From assembly GCA_964531985.1 (NCBI GenBank), contig CAZHFC010000001.1, positions 124,871 to 188,870 on the forward strand: 64,000 bases of DNA. The letters are read 5' to 3'. Below are positions 16,932 to 28,666 of this stretch, piece after piece. The first letter of the stretch is position 1, and each line of letters opens with the position of its first letter. The position numbers and the translations under genes are program-made. This DNA comes from an uncultured Bacteroidales bacterium. Lineage in GTDB: Bacteria > Bacteroidota > Bacteroidia > Bacteroidales > B18-G4. The notes under the pieces were generated by a model that was not told where the DNA came from, ran no database searches, and saw only the letters and a program-made list of their open reading frames with translations.

Positions 16932-19547
16932 TTACCTGAGAATGGTGACCGAACCCTGTAAGGTTCTCTGTACGAGTCCCGACAGGGTTTTTTCGTATAC
17001 TTCGCAAACGTAAAAATAGGTACCTTCGGGGCAATCCCTGTTGGTTTGCCGGTTGCGCCCGTCCCAGTTGATCATGGGGTCGCTGCTTTCGAATACGAGC
17101 AGCCCCCAGCGGTTAAAGATCCTGATCTCGATCTTTTCCACACCGCTTAAAGTTTCAGGGAAAGGTGTAAAATAATCGTTGTGCTGGTCGCCATTGGGGG
17201 TAAATACATTGGGAAGCCTGTAACCCGGGCAGCCGGGCGCACAAACAATGTTGCTGTATTCGCTCTCATTGCCCACCGAATCAAGGGCGCTTACCACATA
17301 ACAACCCAGGGTGACCCCTTCGTGTATGTAGGTGAGGCTGTCGTCGCTGCTTTGGGGCACTGAATCGATCAATGACAGATCCGATGCCTGACCGGCACCG
17401 TAGTAAATGTAATACCATGCAATGTCGGCATCGCAGGTATCGGCAAGGGCGCTGTTGGTCCAGCGGAGTTTGTTGTGCAATAGCGCACAATTGGTATATA
17501 CATTCAGTACGGGCGGACATGGCGGGACGTTGTCAACCGGGATGCCACAGCCAATTTGTGAAAAATTGATGATGGGATCCACCAGACCCTGTGTGCCGTA
17601 ACTTCCCGAACTCATAACGTAATAACAATATTCCTCCCCGTTCACGAGGCCTGTGTCAGCGTAATAAGTATTTGCCGTTGTGGCTATTTCCTCGTAAACG
17701 TTTTCTCCCGGCGTTTTTCTGTATAGGGTATAAGTTTCATTGAACCAGGGTACGTCAAGGCTCCAGTTGAGTTCGAGCCTCCGGTCGGTTTCATAGATTG
17801 TCAGAAAGATTGTACCGGCATCCCGGCTGGAACCGACATAGCCATAGCTCTGGCTGTACAGGTCGACCCTGTAATTGTATCCTGTATTGTCCTGGTTCAG
17901 GTCCACACCGGTATCGAGGTAAGTCGTGTCATCCAGCCCCGCGAAATTTTGTGTAAGAACGAATTCCTGCCCGTTTATTCCGGGTGCCCGGTAAAGTTCG
18001 TATGAATAGGGTCCCGGTATTTGAATGGTGTCGAGTTCGGTCGGCTTCGACCAGGCTACCCGGGCATGCCCGGTTTCAAGCGCGCTGCTGTCGTTGCCGG
18101 CATTGGTGATGATGGGCAGGTCACGTTTGAGTTGGGCGCAAACCTCCTCGGAAGCATAGCTTTCGGCGCCATCGGCAAAAACTGCCACCACCATGTAGCA
18201 ATAATCAAGGCCGTTGATGAGTCCGCCGGGCCCGCCCAGGTCCACATAGGTTGTGTCAATGGCTGTTCCGCTGGTGTGGATGAGGCTGTATCCCGTATAG
18301 GCGGGTACCCCTGTTTCGCAATATCCGGGCACAAAACCGTAATAGCCAATTCTTCTGTAGAGTTTGTATTTGCTTGCTTTCGGACAGGGGCTCCTGTTCC
18401 AGCTCAGGCGGAAGCTGTTGCCGGCCGCCTCGGCTGTCAGCCCTTTCGGTGCCGGCCCGATCACCGTGATGGCAACGGTTTTGAGGTCGACCAGGTTTAC
18501 CGGGCTGCCATCGTCTTCGGCCCTGAAATATACGTAATAGGGCTGCTTTTGAATATGGTTGCATACCGTTGGCCAGGTAAAGGTGGCCCTGACGGTGTCG
18601 CGTCCTACGGCTGGGTCGGGCGAAAGCCATGCCGGGCTTTCTTCAACCGCAAAGGGCCCGCCCGTCCCGCTGAGTTCCACAAGATGGTTGTCGGGTTCCG
18701 TGGCCATGATGTCAAGCACCAGCGTATCGCCTGCTTCCACGCATGTGTCGGCAATGGGATGGATCACCGGTGGCTGATGGTTGCAGCCAACGATGGTGAT
18801 CTGCATGTCGCGTGTAACACTCCCGATCTTGATCCCGTTCCTGTATTCCTCTACCAGGATGGCAATGTTGAACTCACCCTGCATGGGCGGTTTTACCCAG
18901 AAAAGATCGCCGGTTAAGGGGTTGATGCTGATGCTGTCGGTGGCAACCGGAAGGGCATAACCCGGTATCGGCAGCCCCCCTGCGCCACGGCAGTCGATGA
19001 GGCTGTATGCCAGGCTGTCGCCATCGATATCATATGCCCCCGGGTTGTGGATGTATACCTGTTGTGCACAGCCGTTGTCGATGGGCGGGTTGAGAAGTAC
19101 CGGCGAATTATTGATCCCCAGCAGGGGGTTGATGGTCAATACACTTTCGATATACAGGGGCACGTTTACAGAGTTGGGGATGTTCATCACCCCGCTGTTC
19201 CGGTTGGGGTCTTCTACTGAAATCTTATAGGTGCCCGGCGATGAATAAGTGTGGCGGGCCTGTGTGGCTCCCATTTCCGGTACGTATGCATATACATTCT
19301 TGCTGATGTCGTTGCCAAAATTGATCTTTTCGGTCCGGGGCAACTCGCTGCTGCTGCCGTCTCCCCATGATACTTCAAGCCAGGGCCTGTCGGCGGGGGC
19401 CGATGTGCGGGTGTATGTGATGATGGTGATCTCGTAGGTAAGGCCCGCCACATAGCTGTAGGTGATCTCTCCCGCCCGCTGGTGTGTGGCCAGCAGTGCG
19501 GGGATGAAAAACAGCAGGGCTGTAAGAAATACTATCAGCCTTTTCAT
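16932..19547 (-). CDS. large secreted protein with PKD-like repeat and T9SS type B (gliding-motility-associated) C-terminal sorting domain
   Basis: Signal peptide MKRLIVFLTALLFFIPALLA. PKD-like HTYSSPGTYKISVEDPN. C-terminus LPNVFTPNGDQHNDYF...IRIFNRWGLLVFES...WDGRN...GTYFYVCEV matches the type B CTD pattern. Confidence 0.85.
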   Translation of the reverse strand: MKRLIVFLTALLFFIPALLATHQRAGEITYSYVAGLTYEITIITYTRTSAPADRPWLEVSWGDGSSSELPRTEKINFGNDISKNVYAYVPEMGATQARHTYSSPGTYKISVEDPNRNSGVMNIPNSVNVPLYIESVLTINPLLGINNSPVLLNPPIDNGCAQQVYIHNPGAYDIDGDSLAYSLIDCRGAGGLPIPGYALPVATDSISINPLTGDLFWVKPPMQGEFNIAILVEEYRNGIKIGSVTRDMQITIVGCNHQPPVIHPIADTCVEAGDTLVLDIMATEPDNHLVELSGTGGPFAVEESPAWLSPDPAVGRDTVRATFTWPTVCNHIQKQPYYVYFRAEDDGSPVNLVDLKTVAITVIGPAPKGLTAEAAGNSFRLSWNRSPCPKASKYKLYRRIGYYGFVPGYCETGVPAYTGYSLIHTSGTAIDTTYVDLGGPGGLINGLDYCYMVVAVFADGAESYASEEVCAQLKRDLPIITNAGNDSSALETGHARVAWSKPTELDTIQIPGPYSYELYRAPGINGQEFVLTQNFAGLDDTTYLDTGVDLNQDNTGYNYRVDLYSQSYGYVGSSRDAGTIFLTIYETDRRLELNWSLDVPWFNETYTLYRKTPGENVYEEIATTANTYYADTGLVNGEEYCYYVMSSGSYGTQGLVDPIINFSQIGCGIPVDNVPPCPPVLNVYTNCALLHNKLRWTNSALADTCDADIAWYYIYYGAGQASDLSLIDSVPQSSDDSLTYIHEGVTLGCYVVSALDSVGNESEYSNIVCAPGCPGYRLPNVFTPNGDQHNDYFTPFPETLSGVEKIEIRIFNRWGLLVFESSDPMINWDGRNRQTNRDCPEGTYFYVCEVYEKTLSGLVQRTLQGSVTILR

Positions 19548-19635
19548 GGTTTACATACAATTCTCAGTTTATTCCAAAAATAGCAATAATTACAATAAGT
19601 GGCCGGGAACAGGCAAAGAATATGAGATTTTAGCG

Positions 19636-19643
19636 TAATTTTG
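19636..19643 (+). promoter_or_regulatory. candidate -7 promoter box TAATTTTG upstream of rel/spoT
   Basis: gcgTAATTTTGtc lies 20 nt upstream of ATG 19664. Confidence 0.35.
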
Positions 19644-19663
19644 TCATAGGTTAATGACAACCC

Positions 19664-21904
19664 ATGGAAGTGAACTATACTCCCAACCCGGAAAAGGAAA
19701 ACTCGGAAATACTCAATCGCTACCGTAACCTGCTAAGGGTATGGTCGAAGCGTGGAAGGCCCGAAGACAGGAAACTGATCAGGAAGGCCTTCAACCTGGC
19801 CGTGGATGCACACAAGAACATGCGCCGCAAGTCGGGCGAACCCTATATCTATCATCCTATTGAAGTTGCCCGTATCGCGGCCGGAGAGATCGGGCTTGGT
19901 ACCACCTCGGTCATTTGCGCCCTGCTGCACGATGTAGTGGAAGATTCTGAATATACCCTGGCCGATATCAGGGTACAGTTCGGCGATAAGGTTACAGGGA
20001 TCATTGATGGCCTGACAAAGATCGAAGATATATTTGACCATCCTTCATCATCGCAACAGGCAGAGAATTTCAGGAAAATGCTGATGACCCTCTCGGCCGA
20101 TGTCAGGGTGATCCTGATCAAGCTTGCCGACAGGCTCAACAATATGCGTACCCTCGACTCCATGCCTGCCGGCAAACAACTCAAGATCGCTTCGGAAACC
20201 CTGTATATGTTCGCCCCACTGGCACACCGACTGGGGTTGTATGCCATAAAGAGTGAACTTGAAGACCTGGCCATGAAATACCTGGAGCCGGAGATCTATC
20301 TCACCATTACCGAAAAACTCGAAGAATCGCGCCCCGAACGTAAACGCTTTATCAATAAGTTCATCTATCCCATCAAGAAAGACCTTGCCGGGAAAGGTAT
20401 CGACTTTACCATCATCGACCGTGAAAAGTCAATCTATTCAATCTGGGATAAAATGAAAAAGAATGGCATCCCCTTTGAGGATGTCTTCGACATCTTTGCC
20501 ATCCGTATCATTATAGAAACCCCTGTGGAAAGGGAAAAGGAAGAATGCTGGCGTGTATATTCCGTCATTACCGACCACTACCGGCCAAACCAGAATCGAC
20601 TGCGCGACTGGATATCCCTGCCGAAAGCCAATGGCTATGAAGCCCTTCATACCACCGTGATGAGCCACTCGGGAAAATGGGTGGAAGTGCAGATACGTAC
20701 CAGGCGGATGGATGAGATCGCCGAGAAAGGGTATGCCGCCCACTGGAAATATAAGAACGGGACCGACCGCGATTCGGGCCTGGACGAGTGGCTGAACAGG
20801 ATCAGGGAATTGCTGAAGGGCGAGAACCTTGATGCCATCGATTTTGTCGATGATTTCAAGCTGACCCTTTTTTCGGACGAGATATTCGTTTATACGCCCC
20901 AGGGTGAGTTGAAAAGCCTTCCTGCCAATGCCACCGTTCTTGATTTTGCCTATAATATTCATTCCCAGATCGGCAACCAGGCCATCGGTGCAAAGGTAAA
21001 CCATGCACTGGTGCCGCTGAACCATAAACTGGTAAGTGGCGACCAGGTGGAGGTGATCATCTCCCAGAAACAGTTCCCGCGCGAAAACTGGCTCGACTTT
21101 GTCATTACCGCCAGGGCCCGCCACAGGATCACCGCCGCACTAAAGGAGGAATACCGGAAACATGCGGATGCCGGACGTGAACGCCTCAAAGGTTTGCTGA
21201 AGCAGCAAAAAGTAGCGTTCTCCGAAGGCGTTGCCAACCGCTTTATGGAATATATCGGTTACAACTCGCAGAACAAAATGTATTACGACCTCGTTGAAGG
21301 CAACATCCCGCCCCAGAAGGTTAAGGCCTTTACACAGCTGACCGATAAAGGTACCTGGCTCAGGTTTATCAGCAGGCCGTTCAGCAGGTCGAAATCCCAG
21401 AAAACAAGCGAAACCAAACTGGATGAACAACTGAAGGAAAAGCCGGAATCACTGGTGTTGAGCGATGACATCAGCGATATTCGCTACAGCATTTCGAAAT
21501 GCTGCAACCCGATTCCCGGCGATGATGTGGTTGGATTCATGACCAGCAGGGGGAAGATCATGATACACCGTACAAACTGTCCGAACGGGATCAGATTGAT
21601 GTCGAGCCACGGCAACCAGATCATCAAGGCAAAATGGCGGACCAACGAATCCATCGGTTTTCTTACCGGTATCATGTTCAAGGGGGTGGATAAGAAAGGA
21701 CTTGTTAAGCAGATATCGGAGATCATTTCAGATAAACACGGGCTCAGCATCCGTTCATTCAATCTCAATACGCATGATGGCCTGACCGATGCTTCGGTGA
21801 TGCTGTACATTCAGAGTACCGAAATACTCGAACAACTCATCAGCAGCCTCAAAGAGATCCCGGAGATCCAGCACGTAAGCCGTATCGACCGCAGCAGGGA
21901 CTGA
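19664..21904 (+). CDS. rel: bifunctional (p)ppGpp synthetase/hydrolase, RelA/SpoT family
   Basis: HD hydrolase motif ([14 protein letters not shown]), synthetase domain ([23 protein letters not shown]), TGS ([12 protein letters not shown]) and a C-terminal ACT-like domain. Confidence 0.95.
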   Translation: MEVNYTPNPEKENSEILNRYRNLLRVWSKRGRPEDRKLIRKAFNLAVDAHKNMRRKSGEPYIYHPIEVARIAAGEIGLGTTSVICALLHDVVEDSEYTLADIRVQFGDKVTGIIDGLTKIEDIFDHPSSSQQAENFRKMLMTLSADVRVILIKLADRLNNMRTLDSMPAGKQLKIASETLYMFAPLAHRLGLYAIKSELEDLAMKYLEPEIYLTITEKLEESRPERKRFINKFIYPIKKDLAGKGIDFTIIDREKSIYSIWDKMKKNGIPFEDVFDIFAIRIIIETPVEREKEECWRVYSVITDHYRPNQNRLRDWISLPKANGYEALHTTVMSHSGKWVEVQIRTRRMDEIAEKGYAAHWKYKNGTDRDSGLDEWLNRIRELLKGENLDAIDFVDDFKLTLFSDEIFVYTPQGELKSLPANATVLDFAYNIHSQIGNQAIGAKVNHALVPLNHKLVSGDQVEVIISQKQFPRENWLDFVITARARHRITAALKEEYRKHADAGRERLKGLLKQQKVAFSEGVANRFMEYIGYNSQNKMYYDLVEGNIPPQKVKAFTQLTDKGTWLRFISRPFSRSKSQKTSETKLDEQLKEKPESLVLSDDISDIRYSISKCCNPIPGDDVVGFMTSRGKIMIHRTNCPNGIRLMSSHGNQIIKAKWRTNESIGFLTGIMFKGVDKKGLVKQISEIISDKHGLSIRSFNLNTHDGLTDASVMLYIQSTEILEQLISSLKEIPEIQHVSRIDRSRD

Positions 21905-21917
21905 TCCCTGTGTTTGT

Positions 21918-21963
21918 TGCCCCTGCGGGGAGCCGGTCCGGCCCCCGGCAGGGGCATTTATAA
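21918..21963 (+). terminator. probable intrinsic terminator after rel/spoT
   Basis: TGCCCCTGC ... GCAGGGGCA is a 9-bp GC-rich stem enclosing an inner GCCGG-T-CCGGC palindrome, followed by TTTAT. Confidence 0.5.
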
Positions 21964-22027
21964 CCCGGCAATATCGGTGTTTAAGGAAATTATTTTTATT
22001 TATACCAAATTATAATAGATATTTTTT

Positions 22028-22035
22028 TAAATTTG
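22028..22035 (+). promoter_or_regulatory. candidate -7 promoter box TAAATTTG upstream of fur
   Basis: ttTAAATTTGacc lies 24 nt upstream of ATG 22059. Confidence 0.35.
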
Positions 22036-22058
22036 ACCATTGTTTAACAGGTACTTCA

Positions 22059-22505
22059 ATGACAGACAAGAATAAGGATACCCTGGAGCAAGTCAAAAAG
22101 ATATTTACGGACTTTCTGGAACAGCGCGGACACAGGAAAACCCCCGAAAGATACACCATCCTGAAGGAGATCTATGCCACGGAGGGGCATTTCGATATTG
22201 AAACGCTGTATATCAGGATGAAAAACAATAAATACCGTGTCAGCCGTGCCACACTCTACAATACCATTGAACTCCTGCTCGACTGCAACCTTGTTACCAA
22301 GCACCAGTTTGGGAATAACTGTGCACAGTTTGAGCGTTCATACAAGTTCAAAAAGCACGATCATTTTATTGATATTGACAAGGGGCAGGTGATCGAGTTT
22401 TCTGATCCGCGCATCAACGATATCAGGGAGTATGTTGAAAAGACCCTTAATGTTGAGGTGACGCATCACTCGCTCACTTTTTACGGACGCATCAAAAAGA
22501 AATAA
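22059..22505 (+). CDS. fur: Fur-family transcriptional repressor
   Basis: 148 aa. Winged-helix segment ([40 protein letters not shown]) and His-rich dimerisation region ([13 protein letters not shown]). It sits directly upstream of purA. Confidence 0.75.
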   Translation: MTDKNKDTLEQVKKIFTDFLEQRGHRKTPERYTILKEIYATEGHFDIETLYIRMKNNKYRVSRATLYNTIELLLDCNLVTKHQFGNNCAQFERSYKFKKHDHFIDIDKGQVIEFSDPRINDIREYVEKTLNVEVTHHSLTFYGRIKKK

Positions 22506-22513
22506 AGTAATCC

Positions 22514-23815
22514 ATGAAAGTTGATGTTTTGCTTGGTCTCCAGTGGGGTGACGAAGGGAAGGGAAAGATTGTGGACGTGCTCACCCCCGGCTACGACATT
22601 ATTGCACGCTTCCAGGGCGGCCCGAATGCCGGGCACACCATTATCTTCGGGGGGCGGAAATTCATTCTTCATACCATTCCTTCGGGGATTTTTTCTGAAA
22701 GAGCCAAAAACCTTATCGGAAACGGTGTTATCCTCGATCCCTTCATCTTCAGGAAAGAACTGGAAATGCTTGCGGGAAACAATATTCCTGCTGCCGAACG
22801 ACTTTACATATCGCGCAAGGCCCACCTGATCACTCCTGCCCACCGGCTGATGGACGCCGCCAACGAGCGGGCCAGGGGGCATGATAAGATTGGTTCCACG
22901 CTGAAAGGCATCGGTCCGGCCTATACCGATAAGGTGGCCCGCCTTGGCCTGCGTACAGGCGATATCGGCACCGGCCAGTTCGGCCATAAATATGATACCA
23001 TACGTGAAGCGCACCTGCGGGCCGTTGCTGCACTTGGTTTCAGCCAGAATGATTTTGAATTCGACGGCCTGAGCTTTTCCGATTATGAATCGGCATGGCT
23101 CGAAGCACTTGCGGTATTCAATGGTATTAAAATGGTAAACAGCGAATATTTTATTAACCGGGCGCTTGCCGTAGGCGAAAGGGTACTTGCCGAAGGGGCG
23201 CAGGGGTCAATGCTCGATATTGATTTTGGCACCTATCCTTTCGTTACCTCATCCAGTACGGTTTGTGCAGGTGTTTGTTCAGGCCTGGGTGTGCCGCCTG
23301 CCGGGATCGGTGAGGTGTTTGGCGTGTTCAAGGCATATTGTACCCGGGTGGGCAGCGGCCCTTTCCCTACCGAGCTTTTTGATGAGACCGGCGAGCTGTT
23401 GCGTGAAACGGGCCATGAATTCGGCTCAACAACAGGCCGTCCGCGCCGTTGCGGGTGGCTTGATCTGGTGGCGCTGAACTATGCCATCATGCTCAGCGGT
23501 GTAAGTAAGCTGTTTATGATGAAAACGGATGTGCTGAGCCCCTTCCCCCTGATCAATGTCTGTACAGGATATGATGTTCAGGGATCAGAAAGCGCGGAAG
23601 TACCTTACGACATGACGGCTCATGAAATAAGCCCGGTTTATACGGGTTTACGGGGTTGGGAACAGCAACTCGACAAGCTTTCGGATACGGCCGGTATCCC
23701 TGCTGCACTGAATGAATATATAGGGTTCCTGGAAGAAAAGACCGGAGTCCCCATCGGGATCGTTTCGGTAGGACCCGACCGTGATCAGACCTTGTTCAGG
23801 AATTTCAGCCGCTGA
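22514..23815 (+). CDS. purA: adenylosuccinate synthase
   Basis: GLQWGDEGKGKIVD, GGPNAGHT, GSTLKGIGPAY and TTGRPRRCGW. Confidence 0.95.
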   Translation: MKVDVLLGLQWGDEGKGKIVDVLTPGYDIIARFQGGPNAGHTIIFGGRKFILHTIPSGIFSERAKNLIGNGVILDPFIFRKELEMLAGNNIPAAERLYISRKAHLITPAHRLMDAANERARGHDKIGSTLKGIGPAYTDKVARLGLRTGDIGTGQFGHKYDTIREAHLRAVAALGFSQNDFEFDGLSFSDYESAWLEALAVFNGIKMVNSEYFINRALAVGERVLAEGAQGSMLDIDFGTYPFVTSSSTVCAGVCSGLGVPPAGIGEVFGVFKAYCTRVGSGPFPTELFDETGELLRETGHEFGSTTGRPRRCGWLDLVALNYAIMLSGVSKLFMMKTDVLSPFPLINVCTGYDVQGSESAEVPYDMTAHEISPVYTGLRGWEQQLDKLSDTAGIPAALNEYIGFLEEKTGVPIGIVSVGPDRDQTLFRNFSR

Positions 23816-23844
23816 TGGGATTTGAAAAAGAACAAACGGCAGGA

Positions 23845-23878
23845 TGATCAGAGAGGAGCTGATCAGAGTTTTCTTTTT
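23845..23878 (+). terminator. possible purA terminator hairpin overlapping the infB stop codon
   Basis: TGATCAG-agaggag-CTGATCA is a 7-bp stem followed by gagTTTTCTTTTT. It lies between two convergent genes. Confidence 0.35.
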
Positions 23879-26721
23879 ACTTCCACTTCTTCGTAGCTTT
23901 CTATGATGTCGCCTACCTTGATGTCGTTGAAGTTTACAATATTCAGCCCGCATTCGTAACCGGCCGAAACTTCTTTGGCATCTTCCTTGAAACGTTTCAG
24001 TGAACCGAGAAGGCCTGTGTATACCACGATGCCGTCGCGGATCACCCTGATCTTCGAATGGCGCGTGATCTTTCCGTCGAGCACCATGCAACCGGCCACG
24101 GTCCCGACTTTGGTGATCTTGAAAACTTCCCTTACCTCCACGTTGCTGGTGATCTTTTCTTCGATGTCGGGCGAAAGCATACCTTCAATGGCGGCTTTGA
24201 TCTCTTCAATGGCCTGGTAGATGATGCTGTACAGGCGTATGTCGATCTGTTCCTGTTCGGCGAGTTTTCTGGCGCTTGGCTGCGGCCGCACCTGGAATCC
24301 CAGGATGATCGCATTGGAGGCCGAGGCCAGCATAACGTCTGTTTCGGTCACGGCGCCAACGCCTTTCAGGATTACGTTCACCTGCACTTCTTCGGTCGAC
24401 AGCCGTATGAGGCTGTCGGACAAGGCCTCGACAGATCCGTCCACGTCGCCCTTTACGATCAGGTTCAGCTCCTTGAAATCGCCGATGGCGATCCTGCGGC
24501 CGATCTCATCAAGGGTGATGTGTTTCTGTGTCCGTAAGCCCTGTTCACGCTGTAACTGTTCGCGCTTGTTGGCAATGCTTTTGGCTTCGCGCTCATCCTT
24601 CATCACGTTGAAGCTGTCGCCGGCCTGCGGAGCCCCGTTCAGCCCCAGCATCAGCACGGGCGAGGAAGGGCCTGCCTCTTTGAGCGGCTGGCTCCGTTCA
24701 TTGTACATTGCCCTGACCTTTCCATGATAGGCGCCCGAAAGGACGATGTCGCCCACATGAAGGGTCCCGCTTTGTATCAGCACGTTGGTCAGATAGCCCC
24801 TGCCTTTGTCGAGCGATGATTCGATCACGGTACCAACGGCCTTTTTGTCAGGGTTGGCCTTAAGGTCAAGCATTTCGGCTTCGAGCAGAACCTTTTCAAG
24901 CAGTTCTTCCACATTGACCCCTTCCTTGGCTGATATTTCCTGGCTCTGGAATTTGCCGCCCCATTCTTCAACCAGGATATTCATCTCAGAAAGTTGCTGC
25001 CTGATCCTGTCGGGATTGGCATTGGGCTTGTCGATCTTGTTAATGGCAAACACAATGGGTACGCCTGCAGCCTGCGCGTGGTTAATGGCTTCCTTGGTCT
25101 GGGGCATCACGCTGTCGTCGGCGGCAATGATGATGATCGCAACATCGGTGACCTTGGCGCCCCTGGCACGCATGGCCGTGAAGGCCTCATGCCCGGGCGT
25201 ATCGAGGAAGGTGATCTTCTTGCCATCTTCGAGAGTCACTTCATAGGCGCCGATATGCTGCGTGATCCCGCCCGCTTCACCGGCCACTACATTTGCCTTA
25301 CGTATATAGTCGAGCAGTTTGGTTTTTCCATGGTCAACATGTCCCATCACCGTTACGATGGGGGCACGCGGCAACAAGGTTGATTCGTCATCAACTTCTT
25401 CGGTCACACCGATGGCTTCCTGTACTTCCACGCTTACGAACTGCACCGAATATCCAAACTCCTCGGCCACGAGGTTCAGTGTTTCCGCATCAAGTCGCTG
25501 GTTAATGGAAACCAGCAAGCCCAGGGTCATACAAGCCGAAATTACCTGGGTGGGATTCACATTCATCATGTTAGCCAGGTCGTTTGCCGTAACAAATTCT
25601 GTTAGTTTCAGTACTTTCTTTTCGGCTTCTATCTGTTTCTGTTCTTCTTCTATCTGGTGGCTGGCGGCTTCACGTTTCAGTTTCCTGTATTTGGCGCCTT
25701 TCGACTTACCGGTGGGTGCCAGCCTGGCCAGGGTTTCCCTGATCTGTTTCTGGATTTCCTCTTCGCTAACTTCAGGCTTTACCACATCCTTCTTTCGCCT
25801 TCCGCGGCCTTTCCCCTTTTCATCCGTACGCTTGCCGCCATGTTCCGTCACCTGTTTCGGCGTGGGTATACGACGGCGTTTTTTCTTGTGCGAGACCTTG
25901 TCGTCCTTGGATGAAGCCACCGGCTTCTTCTCGAATTCTTTCAGATCGATCTTGTCAAGGATCTTCAGGCCTTCAAGCTTGGTCACTTTGGTCTCTAAAA
26001 AGTTATCATCCTTTTTTGGCTTTTCTTCGGGTTGTTCCTTTACTTCCGGTTTTTCGGCTTCCTTTTTCTCTTCTTCCTTCTTTTCCGGGGTTTTCTTTTC
26101 TGCCTCAGCCGTTTTTGCGCCGGCAGGTTTTTCATCCTTTTCAGCCGGTTTTTCCGTTTTCTTTTCCTCAGCCTCTTTCTTCCTGTCTTCCTTCTTCTTT
26201 TTAGCCGGCCGTGTTTTCTGGTTTAAGGAGTCCAGGTCGATTTTGTCAAGTACCTTGATCTTGCCTTTTTCTTCTTTCTTCTCTTCGGTTTCCGCGGCAG
26301 TTTCCTCCTCCTTTTTCTTTTCTACAGTTTCTTCTTTTTTCGCGGCAGGGGGAGGAGCGGGTGCTTTCTCCTTGGGGGGAGTGATTTTGGCAGGAATGTC
26401 GGTGTCGATGGTGCTGCGCTTGATGATGATATCCTCGTCATAATCGGGCTCTTCCCTGTGTGATTGGCTCTTTCTGTCCTGAAGGTCTATGGTGGTATGA
26501 CGGCTGGTATCGATCTCCATTTTTTTGGATTCTTCCTTGACGGCTTTCTCCGACTGGAATTCCTGTACCAGCAAATCATATTCTTCGCCACTGATCTTCG
26601 TGTTCGGGTTTTCGATGATCTCAATGCCTTTTTTTGCAAGGAATTCAACGATCCTGTGGATGCTCACGTTGAATTCGCGTGCGGCTTTACTTAATCTTGT
26701 GGCTTTTGATGTATCCGTCAT
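23863..26721 (-). CDS. infB: translation initiation factor IF-2
   Basis: 952 aa. K/E-rich N-terminal region, G domain [16 protein letters not shown] / DTPGHEAF / NKID, and a conserved C-terminal domain. Confidence 0.97.
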   Translation of the reverse strand: MTDTSKATRLSKAAREFNVSIHRIVEFLAKKGIEIIENPNTKISGEEYDLLVQEFQSEKAVKEESKKMEIDTSRHTTIDLQDRKSQSHREEPDYDEDIIIKRSTIDTDIPAKITPPKEKAPAPPPAAKKEETVEKKKEEETAAETEEKKEEKGKIKVLDKIDLDSLNQKTRPAKKKKEDRKKEAEEKKTEKPAEKDEKPAGAKTAEAEKKTPEKKEEEKKEAEKPEVKEQPEEKPKKDDNFLETKVTKLEGLKILDKIDLKEFEKKPVASSKDDKVSHKKKRRRIPTPKQVTEHGGKRTDEKGKGRGRRKKDVVKPEVSEEEIQKQIRETLARLAPTGKSKGAKYRKLKREAASHQIEEEQKQIEAEKKVLKLTEFVTANDLANMMNVNPTQVISACMTLGLLVSINQRLDAETLNLVAEEFGYSVQFVSVEVQEAIGVTEEVDDESTLLPRAPIVTVMGHVDHGKTKLLDYIRKANVVAGEAGGITQHIGAYEVTLEDGKKITFLDTPGHEAFTAMRARGAKVTDVAIIIIAADDSVMPQTKEAINHAQAAGVPIVFAINKIDKPNANPDRIRQQLSEMNILVEEWGGKFQSQEISAKEGVNVEELLEKVLLEAEMLDLKANPDKKAVGTVIESSLDKGRGYLTNVLIQSGTLHVGDIVLSGAYHGKVRAMYNERSQPLKEAGPSSPVLMLGLNGAPQAGDSFNVMKDEREAKSIANKREQLQREQGLRTQKHITLDEIGRRIAIGDFKELNLIVKGDVDGSVEALSDSLIRLSTEEVQVNVILKGVGAVTETDVMLASASNAIILGFQVRPQPSARKLAEQEQIDIRLYSIIYQAIEEIKAAIEGMLSPDIEEKITSNVEVREVFKITKVGTVAGCMVLDGKITRHSKIRVIRDGIVVYTGLLGSLKRFKEDAKEVSAGYECGLNIVNFNDIKVGDIIESYEEVEVKRKL

Positions 26722-26787
26722 ACTATTGAATCCAGTATTTTAATTCCTCTTATTTTTCAGGCAATTAAGCTGATAAAAGTAATATTT

Positions 26788-28023
26788 TTATTCAAATTCG
26801 GCTTTCAGTATCCTGATCACTTCGTTGATGGTTTCCACTTCCAGGTCGGTACGTTTGACAAGTTCTTCGGGTTTCAGCTCCAGGACGCTTTTGGCGGTAT
26901 CGCAGCCGATGCTTTTCAGTTCTTCAATGATCCAGTTGTCAATTTCATCTGCAAATTCAACAAGGTCAACATCTTCCATGTCGGTATCGGTGTCGCGGTA
27001 TACATCGATCTCATAACCCGTCAGTTTCCCGGCAAGCCGGATGTTGTAGCCTCCTTTACCGATGGCCAGCGATACCTGATCGGGTTTCATGTACACTTCA
27101 GCCTTTTTGTTTTCATCGTCGATGTTGATTGAAGAGATCTTTGCCGGACTCAGCGCCCTGCTGATGAACAGCGTCGGGTTGGTTGTATAGTTGATCACAT
27201 CGATGTTCTCGTTCTTCAATTCACGCACGATGCCGTGGATACGTGAGCCTTTCATACCAACGCACGCACCGACGGGGTCGATGCGGTCGTCATACGATTC
27301 CACCGCGATCTTGGCCCGCTCGCCGGGAACCCTCACAATGTTTTTTATGGTGATCAGTCCGTCATATACTTCTGGCACTTCCGATTCGAAAAGGCGTTCG
27401 AGGAAGACGGGCGATGTGCGTGAAAGAATGATGGTAGGGGAGCCGCCCCGCATTTCCACCTTTGACACGACCGCCCTGATGGTGTCGCCCTTGCGGTAGA
27501 AGTCGGAAGGAATCTGTTCCGACTTGGGAAGGGTTAGCTCAATGTATTCATCATCCAGCACGAGGATCTCTTTTTTCCATACCTGGTAAACTTCCCCGGT
27601 GATGATCTCACCGATCTTTTCCTTATACTTCTGGTAAACGGTGTCTTTTTCGTATTCCTGTATCTTGGCCGTGAGCAGTTGCCGGATGGAGAGGATCTCC
27701 CTTCTGCCAAAGTCGGCCAGTTTCATCTCCTCTGAAACTTCTTCACCCACTTCAAAGTCGGGTTCGATCTTGATGGCTTCCGAGAGGGCGATCTGGGTAT
27801 TTTCATCCTCAAGTTCGGAGTCTTCAACGATCAGCCTGTTCCTCCAGATCTCGAGGTCGCCCTTATCGACGTTTACAATGATGTCAAAGTTTTCATCGGT
27901 CCCGAATTTTTTTCCCAGCATGCCGCGAAAAATATCTTCGAGGATCACCATGAGCATCTCCCTGTCGATGTTCTTGAATTCCTTAAATTCCGAAAAAGTT
28001 TCTACCAAATTGATATTGTCCAT
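26788..28023 (-). CDS. nusA: transcription termination/antitermination factor NusA
   Basis: N-terminal NusA domain, S1 (ITGEVYQVWKKEILV), KH repeats (GACVGMKGSRIHGIV, AIGKGGYNIRLA) and a C-terminal HhH-like tail. Confidence 0.97.
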   Translation of the reverse strand: MDNINLVETFSEFKEFKNIDREMLMVILEDIFRGMLGKKFGTDENFDIIVNVDKGDLEIWRNRLIVEDSELEDENTQIALSEAIKIEPDFEVGEEVSEEMKLADFGRREILSIRQLLTAKIQEYEKDTVYQKYKEKIGEIITGEVYQVWKKEILVLDDEYIELTLPKSEQIPSDFYRKGDTIRAVVSKVEMRGGSPTIILSRTSPVFLERLFESEVPEVYDGLITIKNIVRVPGERAKIAVESYDDRIDPVGACVGMKGSRIHGIVRELKNENIDVINYTTNPTLFISRALSPAKISSINIDDENKKAEVYMKPDQVSLAIGKGGYNIRLAGKLTGYEIDVYRDTDTDMEDVDLVEFADEIDNWIIEELKSIGCDTAKSVLELKPEELVKRTDLEVETINEVIRILKAEFE

Positions 28024-28045
28024 TGTTCCGATTTTTTCTGTTGGA

Positions 28046-28507
28046 TTATCTTTTAAATATTATGGCCGGCCTGGTTTCCTTTATTTCACTGAAAGGCAAA
28101 CGTTGCTCGCTTTCTTGCTGTTTCGCTTTCTTTTCACCTTTTTTTGTATGCCTGATAAACGCAATTTCTTGATCTGTAACATCTTTGAGGGTTGCGGTGA
28201 ACCTGCTGTCGTCAAGAAGTTTAACTTCCACTTCCCTGCCAAGGTATTTCCTGTACTGCCTCATCATGCTGAAAGGCTGGTCGAGCCCGGCTGAGGATAC
28301 CGTGAGCTCAAAATCCTCGCTGTCGCGGTCAAGCTTACCCTCAATGAACCTGCTGAGCCGCATGCAGTCTTCGATGGTCAGGTCCCGGTCGCCATCGAGG
28401 ATCAGCTGAATCCGGTTGCCCGGCTTTACAATCACCCGCACGACGAACATGTCCGTGCCTTCAAGCTGTTGCCCTGCCAGTTCGCGTATGTGCTTTTCCT
28501 TTATCAT
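28046..28507 (-). CDS. rimP: ribosome maturation factor RimP
   Basis: 153 aa immediately upstream of nusA. The pattern FVVRVIVKPGNRIQLILDGDRDLTIEDCMRLSRFIE is typical of RimP. Confidence 0.9.
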   Translation of the reverse strand: MIKEKHIRELAGQQLEGTDMFVVRVIVKPGNRIQLILDGDRDLTIEDCMRLSRFIEGKLDRDSEDFELTVSSAGLDQPFSMMRQYRKYLGREVEVKLLDDSRFTATLKDVTDQEIAFIRHTKKGEKKAKQQESEQRLPFSEIKETRPAIIFKR

Positions 28508-28513
28508 CTTTCA

Positions 28514-28542
28514 TCAACAAAAGAGGGGACATCGTCCCCTCT
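28514..28542 (-). terminator. intrinsic terminator/attenuator between tRNA-Gln and rimP
   Basis: On the minus strand, AGAGGGGAC-gat-GTCCCCTCT (9-bp stem) is followed by TTTGTTG. The hairpin base lies 14 nt upstream of the rimP ATG (28507). Confidence 0.6.
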
Positions 28543-28564
28543 GCATAATACCTTCTTCCGCTCG

Positions 28565-28637
28565 TTGTCCGACCAGGGCTCGAACCTGGACTCTTCTGAA
28601 CCAAAATCAGACGTGTTGCCAGTTACACCATCGGACA
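28565..28637 (-). tRNA. tRNA-Gln (anticodon UUG)
   Basis: The minus strand reads TGTCCGATGGTGTAACTGGCAACACGTCTGATTTTGGTTCAGAAGAGTCCAGGTTCGAGCCCTGGTCGGACAA. The 7-bp acceptor stem is TGTCCGA/TCGGACA, the anticodon stem is TCTGA/TCAGA with loop TT-TTG-GT, and the T-arm is GGTTCGAGCCC. CCA is not encoded. Confidence 0.85.
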
Positions 28638-28666
28638 ATAAAACCGTCCATACGATTTTCGGACTG

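Noticed and set aside
25319-26443. A 374-aa Ser/Phe/Leu-rich ORF lies opposite infB.
   Set aside because: It mirrors the Lys/Glu-rich low-complexity N-terminal region of IF-2, where AAG/GAA repeats read as CTT/TTC on the other strand. It has no start context or motifs, and the IF-2 assignment is unambiguous.
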